From Alphaproteobacteria bacterium (GTDB lineage: Bacteria; Pseudomonadota; Alphaproteobacteria; MPNO01; UBA830): a stretch of 64,000 nucleotides of DNA. The notes beneath the pieces were generated by a model, which made no database searches, had not been told where the DNA came from, and saw only the letters and a program-made list of their open reading frames with translations. Both the position numbers and the translations under genes were made by a program. Location of the stretch: the NCBI GenBank assembly GCA_964291215.2, contig OZ219791.1:2848001-2912000 (forward strand), given 5' to 3'. Below, piece after piece: positions 10,807-19,057 of this stretch; positions within the stretch are counted from its first letter, which is position 1, and each line of letters opens with the position of its first letter.

Positions 10807-11205
10807 TCAGCCCCCGGTCACGGCGACGGCTTGGATCTCCACCATCATTTCCGGCTGGGCGAAGCCGGCTACTGTGATGAGGGCGCTGCCCGGATAGTTG
10901 CCGTCGGGATAGTAGTCCTTGCGGATTTCGACAAAACGGTTCCCGTGGCGTACGTCGAGAATGAAGACCGTCATCTGGACGATGTCGGCGAGTCCGGCCC
11001 CACATTTTGCCAGGGTGGTCTGCAGGTTGGCGAAGGACTGGCGCGCCTGGGCCTCGAAGTCGCCGGCGAGCGACATGCCGTCCGGGGTCTGCGGGGCGCC
11101 GTGTCCGGCAAGCCAGATGATCCTCTGGTCAGCGCCGGCGGTGATGACGGCGGGTGAAAACGACCTGTTTTGCTGCCAGGTCCCGGCAACATGCGTGGAT
11201 TCCAT
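10807..11205 (-). CDS. RidA/YjgF/UK114 family protein
   Basis: FSPAV, GDFEAQARQSFANL, EIQAVAV. Confidence 0.9.
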   Translation of the reverse strand: MESTHVAGTWQQNRSFSPAVITAGADQRIIWLAGHGAPQTPDGMSLAGDFEAQARQSFANLQTTLAKCGAGLADIVQMTVFILDVRHGNRFVEIRKDYYPDGNYPGSALITVAGFAQPEMMVEIQAVAVTGG

Positions 11206-11242
11206 ATCGCTCCTCCGTCGCGATGCCTGATCCGGGCGCCGG

Positions 11243-12313
11243 TCAGTTGCGGATGTCCTGCTGAAACCAGGCCATCGGTATCTCCACGCCGAGGCCCTGT
11301 TCCCGCGCCTTGTCGTAGACTACCCGCCCCACGGCAGCGAACTGCAACCCGGCCGAGTTGTTGTCGAAATAAATGGTCTCGGTGTCGTTCTCGCGGCCGG
11401 GAATCTCCCCGGCGATCACGTCGGCGAGGAACGGATAGTCGCGGATCTCGTAACGCCGCCGGTATTCCCGGTTGGCGGGCCGGCGCTCCCGTTCCTGGCG
11501 CGGTCCGAGCACCAGGTCGGTATAGGGCTCGCGCTGGTTTCCGAAGATCTTGTCCACGGCCTTCAGCACCGGCTCGTCGATCTCGTCGATCCGGCAGCGG
11601 ATGAAGGTTCCGCCCGGCGCCTGGGCTTCCAACATGTCCATCGTGTAGACTGGAACCCGCGAATCCGTGCACAGCGCCACGATGTCGGCGTCGTGGGCTA
11701 TGTCGAGTCCGCTGTCCTTGGCGATTACCGGGATTCCGAGCCGGTCCGACATCTTTTCCGCGTAGGCGTCGCGGTTGCTGCGCGTCGGGCTGTAGACACG
11801 GATTTCCTCGATCGCCCGGACTGCGCAGATGGCTTCGGCATAGGTTTTCGCCATGCCGCCGGAACCGACGACGCCGAGTACGGCCGAATCTGCTCGCGCA
11901 AGGAATTTTGCGCCCACGCCAGCGGTGGCGCCGACCCTGACATGCTGCAGGATTCCGTCGTTGAGAAGCCCGATGATCTCGCCGTTCGCCATGTCGATCA
12001 GGATGACGAAGCCACAATACGTACCGGGCTTCATGTTGTGCCATTCCTCCGTGACCCCGCCGTCGTATTCGGTCCAGCTGATCAGGTCAGACTTGAAGCG
12101 GAAAGCGAGCGTCGGCGGGTCGTACATGGCACCGAGAAGCGAGCCCCAGCGATAATAGTCCGCGCCGACGGCGGTCGGCGCCCAGAGATCGGTGCGGGGC
12201 TGGAAAGTGGCGAGGCCTTGGGCATATTGGCGCAACACGTTTTCCATCGCGTTGACCGCATCCTTCATGGCCAGAACCCGGGCGGTCACATCGTTGCTGA
12301 TCAAAAGTGCCAT
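11243..12313 (-). CDS. Ornithine cyclodeaminase/mu-crystallin family protein
   Basis: RVGATAGVGAKFLAR, GSGGMA, GLQFAAVG, GLGVEIP. Confidence 0.9.
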   Translation of the reverse strand: MALLISNDVTARVLAMKDAVNAMENVLRQYAQGLATFQPRTDLWAPTAVGADYYRWGSLLGAMYDPPTLAFRFKSDLISWTEYDGGVTEEWHNMKPGTYCGFVILIDMANGEIIGLLNDGILQHVRVGATAGVGAKFLARADSAVLGVVGSGGMAKTYAEAICAVRAIEEIRVYSPTRSNRDAYAEKMSDRLGIPVIAKDSGLDIAHDADIVALCTDSRVPVYTMDMLEAQAPGGTFIRCRIDEIDEPVLKAVDKIFGNQREPYTDLVLGPRQERERRPANREYRRRYEIRDYPFLADVIAGEIPGRENDTETIYFDNNSAGLQFAAVGRVVYDKAREQGLGVEIPMAWFQQDIRN

Positions 12314-12466
12314 GAATTCTCCATTCGAACCTGCCGGCCGCAGCGCCACGCCGCTTCCGCTTACAGGACGGAATTACCCGGACAATCTGGCGCCGAGCGA
12401 GTGTGCGGGTTCTGTCGACAACTTGCCTTCCGACGAAGGCCGTGCTAACTGCGCATCTAGGTTAGC

Positions 12467-12542
<76 letters not shown>

Positions 12543-12929
12543 TCCCTCCCGAAAATCGGCCGCTCCGGCGTCGTCGAACCGCTGCGCTTTGACGAATTCT
12601 CTGATCGACGCGTCCGGCGGTTTCGACCAGCGTTGAAAGCTTCCCGACCGGTTTCTGCCAACGGCTCGAATGCCGCCGCGCATTGCAGAGATGTTGCGTT
12701 CGCGTCGAATGTGCAGTGGATAGCCGCTGCCGAGGCGGAGGTGTTCTCGCTAACGCTGCGGTATAGCCCGTCATGGATACGCAAGACGCCAAGGTTCAGA
12801 AAGGGGCGGTCCGTGTATCCGTGCCGGCGTCCCGGCGGTCGTACGCGAGTTCCCCTTGGGAACAGCGTTGGCATGGATGGAATCTTCGAATATTCGGCTG
12901 GTTGGCCATGATTTTCGCTATAAATTAAT

Positions 12930-14755
12930 GTATCTACTCACCCCTTGTTGGGTTCTGATTGGCCATAGTGCTCGTTGATGATGTCTGCGGCTTTTCCGTC
13001 GAGGGCGATCTGGGTGGCGACGTGATGATTGTAGCCGAGTGCGGCCATGGAGGTGAGGTAGCTTGGCACCATGCTTTTGCGTGGAGCGGAAGCATCCGGA
13101 CACCTTGAGCTTTGCCATCCTGATCTTCTGTTCTCCGGCATTGTTGGTGAAGCTGACGTCGGGTGCGCCAGGCAAACTGGTGGAATGTGGCCGGGTGCAA
13201 GTCCCGAGAGAGGCTAATTTCTCCGTGAACCATGCGTCGCCAGGCGAAGCGTTGGGGAGCGGCAGGCTATTGAGCCACGAGATGCTTTGAAACCGGAGTG
13301 CCGAGGTCGTGGCCGAAGGCAACGAGCCGCGTTGGTGAGGGGGGCTCCGCGGGGTCCGAGAACCATGGCCGAAGCAGGGACCTGGGAGGTCTTGCCCCTC
13401 TGTCGTGGAGGGGCCGCAGAGGAAATTCCGTAAGCCGATGATGAACGAGAAGTCAGATTCGGCCATAGTACCGCTGAAGGCGGCGAACAAGGGCTCTCCG
13501 GAGCCTGCGGAGTTGCTGGAGGGAAGGGCAATGCGGTTGGCCCGCGCCGCGCGCAGAAGCGGGGGTCACAGGCGGCAGGTAGCGAAGAGGAACCCGGAAG
13601 AGCGTCTTTACTCCACCACGTGATGTTCTGCGTTCCATTCCTTGAGGAAGGATGCGGCGGCGGGGCGTTGTGTGGCAAACGTACGGGGTGGAACTGCTGC
13701 ACGCCCGTGTGCACAGGGGCGGGCGCCTCCAGGGTCTACATTCCCAAGGAGGGGCAACTTGCCTCGGACAAGATTCTTCAGCGGGCGGTGTGATTCTGGT
13801 GCCGCGAAACGGAGTTCCTCGGTTCCGGCCGGGGCGCATCATGCGCCGTCACGGTGGAACGGCGGAAGGTCAACTGGATCGTTGACGCCCCTTCGACAAC
13901 CGCGACCATCTGGTTGCGATGCTCGGGAAACGGATCGGGGGGTCTGATCATCAAGTGACGCCGGCGTCATGGAAGGGGCCGACTGGCAAGGGAACACCGC
14001 AAGGGGCGGCGCCTTGCGAACCTGCACTACGTGCGACTGGTTCCAGAACCACTGGCGCAAGCGGGACACGATCATTATGCGGACGACTTCGTGTGCGGCT
14101 TTCAGAATCTGGGCGACGCTGAGACCTTGGGGAGAGACTGGCCCACTTGAACTGCACCCGGAAAATCATCGAGTTCGGTCGGTTTGCCAGAGCGAACCGC
14201 CGGAAGCGTGGACAAGACGTTCGACTTCCTCGGCATGACGCACTTCTGCGAACAGACGAGGAAAGGCAGGTTCAGGGTCGGTCGCAAACGGGCACCCTGC
14301 GGCGGATCAAAAAGGCCTTGCGCAAGCGGTGGCACGATAACCGGCACGAAACGGCCAAGTGGTGAGTTATCAACGGCTGCTACTACGCCGTTCCAGGAAG
14401 CAGCCTGCAGAAGTTCATACACCAATGCAAACAGCTGCGTGCCCTTCGGCGACGCTCCCAAAAGGACTTCACCGGGGACATAGACACCCTCACCGCTGCC
14501 CACTGAGCCCGTGGCCAAACCAGCGCCTTGTCGTCAGGGGAGGAGCGAACAGCGCACGTCCGGTTCTGTGCGGGGGGTAACCCGGTTCCCTACCGCGATG
14601 GTCGTCTGTGAAGCGCAGGTTTTCGTATTTCACGAGACGTTCGTGCAGGTTGTGCGCGTTTGCGATGCGTCCACGTTTTCCTTTCGTCGGCGGCGGGATG
14701 TCGGGCAGTTCCCTGGCGCCCTGATGGTGCGCTTGCGCACGGCCCGGCGGTCGGC
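12930..14755 (-). mobile_element. IS66-family element, right portion; interrupted by a group II intron and truncated by IS110 copy 1
   Basis: Right end GGGGTGAGTAGATAC as at ~31018-31032; transposase fragments FTNNAGEQKIRMAK..VSGCFRS and YLTSMAALGYN; colinear with 29430-29800. Confidence 0.88.
13163..14599 (+). mobile_element. ltrA: Group II intron with degenerate reverse transcriptase/maturase
   Basis: Starts GTGCG (13163) and ends ...CCCTACCGCGAT (14599) after a domain V/VI-like GCACGTCCGGTTCTGTGCGGGGGG. RT remnants GTPQG (~13990), YADDFV (~14076), LELHPE, TFDFLGMTH. Exons rejoin to match the intron-less IS66 at ~29571-29592. Confidence 0.92.
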
Positions 14756-14851
14756 CTTATATGATCAGGTTTTATCCCCATGATGATGAAATCATCCACA
14801 GCGGTTGGGGTGGGAAAAAATGTGGATAACCTCGACTATGGGAGAGCTATG

Positions 14852-15047
14852 GTTGCAGAGAGATTCCGCTCCCCTGTGTGAGAACGTACAGGGGAGCGGG
14901 GATCAAACGATCTCCGCGGAGATTGCCGTTCCGTCCTTGGCTTTATAGAGCCGTTCCCGAGCGTGGCAACCTCCTTTGGCGTCCCTTGCGTCCTGAATGG
15001 ATGCTTGAGTTTGAACCGTATCATCATAAGGCGAGGAACAAGGGACG
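14852..15047 (+). ncRNA. Putative bridge RNA (IS110 copy 1)
   Basis: 5' hairpin (GCAGAGAGAT..CCGCTCCCCTG/CAGGGGAGCGG..); loop closed by GGAGATTGCC/GGCAACCTCC contains TCCCGAG (complement of right flank CTCGGGA); second loop has ATGGATGCT (= element right end) and ATAAG (complement of left end CTTAT). Confidence 0.8.
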
Positions 15048-15800
15048 ATGGTAGCAGGGGTCAGCCAGTCTGGACATCTGGGGCGTCGTTTTACGAACGA
15101 CGCCACGGGCACGTGGCTTCGCAGCCTCGAGGTAACCCGTGTGGTGGGCGACAGGCCGCTATCACCGCAAGGTTCACCAGTGTCTTCATGACCGGGGCTT
15201 CGAGGTTGTCCTGCCCGTTGAGGGCTTCGCCGAGGCTTTGGGCCAACCGCGTTGACGCCAAGATCGGCACGGTGCGATCTCGAGCCTGTGGCCCCTCAGG
15301 AAGCCTTCCTCAACTGCCTGGGGGATCTCCTGGTGCCGCGCTTGTCGACGTGCGGACCAAGTTGAGGCAAGTGGCAGATGAGGTGGATGGCGAGACCGTC
15401 ACAAGGGCTTCGGCGGCCGATCTCGATGATTGCCGGTGCGGCGATCAAAGCGGTGATCGCCGGTGATCCCGAGCAGAGGTACCCTGACCTCGATCCCCGG
15501 TCCAGTGACCGCCGCAGCCCTTCCTTGTTGGATGCCCGAACTCGGCAGCGTCGGCAGCCTTGATCGGGGTGGCGCCGATGGCCAACGACAGTGGCCAGCA
15601 CCACGGTGCTCGGCATATCCGTGGCGGGCGCCGGAGGCCACGTGATCTCCTGTTCATGGCCGCGACCTCGGCAGCACGCTTCAACGCGGATCTAGTGCGC
15701 CACAAGGCCTACAAAGTCGCCATTGTCGCCGTGATGCGCAAGCTCTGGCGAACACCTTGCTGCGACAGCAGCGTTGCTGGTCGCCCGAAGCACCGGTGAG
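15048..15800 (+). pseudogene. IS110 recombinase/transposase pseudogene (copy 1)
   Basis: NRVDAKI, GPVTAAAL..WMPELG, IGVAPMANDSGQHHGARHIRGGR (Transposase_20 serine motif), KVAIVAVMRKL; many deletions and frameshifts. Confidence 0.9.
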
Positions 15801-16075
15801 TGAGCGAAGGAGACACGGCCCTCACCTCTGCCGAGAAACAGCGCCGTTATCGGGAACGCCGCAAATCTCTGCCCACGGAAAGCCCCGTCGTTCCCGTGCG
15901 CAACGCTGGCGCGATGCGGTGGCTCGGTGCAGTGCAGGAGCACTGTCGGGACTGTCTCGACAGTCTCCCCGACTCCCTGCGCGACACGGCTTGCGGAGAA
16001 CGTCTGCAGATCATCGTCGAGGCTGACATCGCGGATCTTGAGGACATCGAACCGCCGCGCGGCTACGGACGGAAC
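15800..16075 (+). pseudogene. Small passenger protein within IS110 (AEKQRRYRERRK...LDSLPDSL...IEPPRGYGR)
   Basis: Present in all three copies directly after the transposase; function unknown; frameshifted. Confidence 0.65.
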
Positions 16076-16309
16076 ACCTGGAACCCCATTGACCACGGTA
16101 ACGTTACCATGCACGGGGACGCTGGACGGCAAGGTGGCCGCGCTCACGTGACCGTGAGCAATGGACGGCAACCCGCCGCCGGGACCACAAGCTGCATCTC
16201 GTCTCACTCGCAGGACATCGACAAGGCGGAACCTCGGACCGCCTGTGGACAACCACAGAAAAAATCACCGCGGACACCCGCAAAAACCTTGCCTGGAAAC
16301 ATGGATGCT

Positions 16310-16712
16310 CGGGATGCCAGGTCGCCATCATCGCCAGGCGCTTGTCCTCGCCGTCGCTCCACGGTGACCTCGCCAAGCTCCTCCGGAGAACATGCGAGTT
16401 CCTTGTCGGGACAGTCCTGCTCAAAGGTGCCGGTGTCGAGGCCATGAGGCCCTGGTGCAGGAAGGACGATGCCGAGCGACGAGGCAAGATCAGGCAGCGC
16501 CGCACGCGGCAAGGCACAACTCGCCCTTCGCGTTGCGCCAGTCCTCGCGTTCGCACAATCCCTGCGCCAGGGGCGAGCGCGTGTTGCCCTCGGCAACCGA
16601 CGCCGCCTTCAGCCAATCAACCGTCGTCGTGGATAGATGTCGAAAGCCAATTCTCATGGGCCACTATATAAGGCCTCATGAACGACGATTCGATCATGGT
16701 TCGTTGAAAGGA
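16310..16712 (-). mobile_element. 5' fragment of a DUF4338-associated IS4-like element; carries the empty IS110 target site
   Basis: IGFRHLSTTTVDWLKAASVAEG..LAQGLCEREDWRNAKGELCL..MMATWHPE; end motif CTTTCAAC; homologous to 59960-59997 joined to 61523-61830. Family assignment is recalled, not searched. Confidence 0.6.
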
Positions 16713-17150
16713 TGAGGGTCGACCTCCTCGACTGCATCCGCCGAGCGGAGGGCGCTGATGAAATCCGCGCCATCGTCATCACCGGCAACGGCGACCGGGC
16801 ATTCTGCGCAGGTGCGAACGTCCCCGAACTCGCAAAGCGGACGCCGGGACGGGGACTGCAGCAACGCCAAGAAAGGAACTGCCGACAGCCCTCGAACGGC
16901 CCGGCAAGCCGTCCGTGGCTGCAATCAACGGATACTGCTTCGGCAAAGGGCTTGAGCTGGCGTTGTGCGGCACGCTCCGCATCGCCAGCGAGAACGTCAC
17001 CTTCGCCCAGCCTGAAATCACGCTGGGCCAGATATCCGGCGGCGGCGGAACGCGGCGGCTCTACCGGTTCGTCGGCCCGGGCCGGGCCATGCAGATGATC
17101 CTCACCGACCCGCTTCATCGAACCGCCACAATTCCCGCGCCTCAGCGATA
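16712..17150 (+). pseudogene. Enoyl-CoA hydratase/crotonase pseudogene
   Basis: IRAIVITGNGDRAFCAGA and AAINGYCFGKGLELAL..FAQPEITLG..GGGGTRRL split across frames. Confidence 0.85.
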
Positions 17151-17308
17151 ACAGGATCGACAGGAAAGCGCTCCTTGGCATGGTTTCGCCGCCACAGGTC
17201 GATTCGGCAGTCAGGGATGCACGGCACCGGCAGGTCAACATCGCGGGACCGGTACTTCCGTCCCCCCGCCGGTTGCCTTTTTCCGCGCCAGCGCTGATGC
17301 TTGCGGCC

Positions 17309-19057
17309 ATGTGGAAATTAGAATGGCGAGACGATCCGGGAGAGGGCAGCCCGCTCTACAGGATCCTCGTGCTTACCGCGACGGCTCTCGTGCTCGGTTT
17401 CGCCGCCTCCTTCGCTGCGATCCTGTTTGTCGAATGCGTCGCCTGGTTCAACAATGTTCTGCTGATCTCTCCGAGAACGCGCATACAATACGAGGATGTG
17501 CCGTGGATCGTGCCCACGGCAACCGTCGCAGTTCCCACGGCCGGCGGCCTCATTGTCGGAATCCTGCTCCGCCACTGTTCCCGCACGAAGCGCCCCCTCG
17601 GGCCGCCGGATGTAATTCAGGCCGTGCAGTTCCGGGTGCCGTTGCCGGACGCGCGGTCGGGCACGGTTTCGATAGCCGCGGCCACGATCTCGCTTGGTTT
17701 CGGCGCTTCGGTCGGCCAGTACGGACCAATGGTCTATCTGGGCGCGATGTTCGGAAACGCGGTGTCCCGACTCCGGCTGCGCGTCAGCAATCTGCCGGCC
17801 ATTGCCGTCGCCTGCGGCGTCGCGGCCGCCATCTCGACCGCCTTCAACGCGCCGATTGCCGGACTGGTCTTCGCGCACGAGGTGGTCCTGCGCCACTATT
17901 CCACCCAGGCCTTCGCGCCGACGACGATTGCTGCGGCTGCAGGATATGTAGTCGCCAACGTCGTGTTCGAACGGCCGGCCCTGTTTCTGGTCGATTTCAC
18001 GGGCGTGGGCCACGGACACGAATTCGTCCTGTTCGGCCTGCTGGGGGCTCTTGCCGCCGGCGTGGCCATCGCCTTCATGTCGGCGGTACTCGGCGGCGCG
18101 AGGCTTGCGACGAGGTTTCCCGGCCCCGCAACGCTCCGGCCTGCAGCCGCAGGCATCGTGCTGGGCCTGACCGCGCTCTGGCTTCCGGAGATCCTCGGAA
18201 TTGGCCAAGAGTTGCTGCGTTTCGCGACCATCGAGGGCGCTTTCGACCTGGCCGAACTGCCGGTACTCTTGATCGCCAAGATCGCGTTGACGGCGCTGTG
18301 CGTCGGTTTCGGATTTGCGGGCGGCGTTTTCAGCCCGGCCCTTGTCATCGGCGCGCTGTTCGGCGCACTTTTCTGGGGCGCCGTGACGGCCGCCACTCAG
18401 ACTGAAAATTCGGGTGTCGCGGTCTACGCCATCTGCGGCATGATGGCGGTGGCGAGCCCGGTGACCGGCGCCCCGCTGACGATGATCCTGGTTGTGTTCG
18501 AGCTCACGCGAAACTACGACATCACGATCGCGGCCATGGTCGCGATCGTGATGTCCAACCTGATCGCCCACCGCGTGTTCGGCCGGTCGCTGTACGATGT
18601 GCAGCTCGCGGACCGGGGTATAGACCTGTTCCAAGGGCGCGACCGAGCCCGCCTCGCCGCCGCCAAGGTAGTGGAGTACGGCGTCGACAGCTTCGCCCGG
18701 GCTGACGCGAACGAGCCGGTTCGGGACGTGCTGGAACGGCTGGCCGGCACGCTCCAGCGCGAGGCGTTCGTGGTCGATTGCAACGGCTGCCTCCTAGGCG
18801 TCATCCGCGAGGTTTCAAGCGCCGGCGACACTCCCGCCCTTGTGGGCGACGCCATGGAAGCACCGGCCGTCCGTTTCGACGAAACGACAACGGTCTGGCA
18901 GGCCATCGGGCAGATGGACACCCTTGCCGACGAAGCGATTCCGGTTGTCGATTCGAAGTCGGATGTCCTGATCGGCGTCGTCACGAAATCGGCGCTCGTC
19001 CAAGCCTACCAGGACATCTCTCAGCAACTCAGGCGAGAAGAAAATGCGCCGCTCTGA
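17309..19057 (+). CDS. ClC-family chloride channel-like protein with C-terminal CBS domains; non-canonical pore motifs
   Basis: GASVGQYGP, FNAPIAGLVFAHEV, GGVFSP, GAPLT..FELT; CBS-like tail. Start may be 17297. Confidence 0.9.
   Translation: MWKLEWRDDPGEGSPLYRILVLTATALVLGFAASFAAILFVECVAWFNNVLLISPRTRIQYEDVPWIVPTATVAVPTAGGLIVGILLRHCSRTKRPLGPPDVIQAVQFRVPLPDARSGTVSIAAATISLGFGASVGQYGPMVYLGAMFGNAVSRLRLRVSNLPAIAVACGVAAAISTAFNAPIAGLVFAHEVVLRHYSTQAFAPTTIAAAAGYVVANVVFERPALFLVDFTGVGHGHEFVLFGLLGALAAGVAIAFMSAVLGGARLATRFPGPATLRPAAAGIVLGLTALWLPEILGIGQELLRFATIEGAFDLAELPVLLIAKIALTALCVGFGFAGGVFSPALVIGALFGALFWGAVTAATQTENSGVAVYAICGMMAVASPVTGAPLTMILVVFELTRNYDITIAAMVAIVMSNLIAHRVFGRSLYDVQLADRGIDLFQGRDRARLAAAKVVEYGVDSFARADANEPVRDVLERLAGTLQREAFVVDCNGCLLGVIREVSSAGDTPALVGDAMEAPAVRFDETTTVWQAIGQMDTLADEAIPVVDSKSDVLIGVVTKSALVQAYQDISQQLRREENAPL

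Larger units (their letters stand above)
14756..16309 (+). mobile_element. IS110-family (IS621-like) element copy 1: bridge-RNA-like left end, eroded transposase, passenger ORF
   Basis: Bounded by CT cores (14756-57, 16308-09); homologous to 32465-33757 and 59998-61522; no terminal IR or TSD. Confidence 0.9.

Noticed and set aside
13600-14500. Retron or DGR reverse transcriptase
   Set aside because: GTGCG..AT boundaries, a domain V/VI-like end and precise exon rejoining identify a group II intron.
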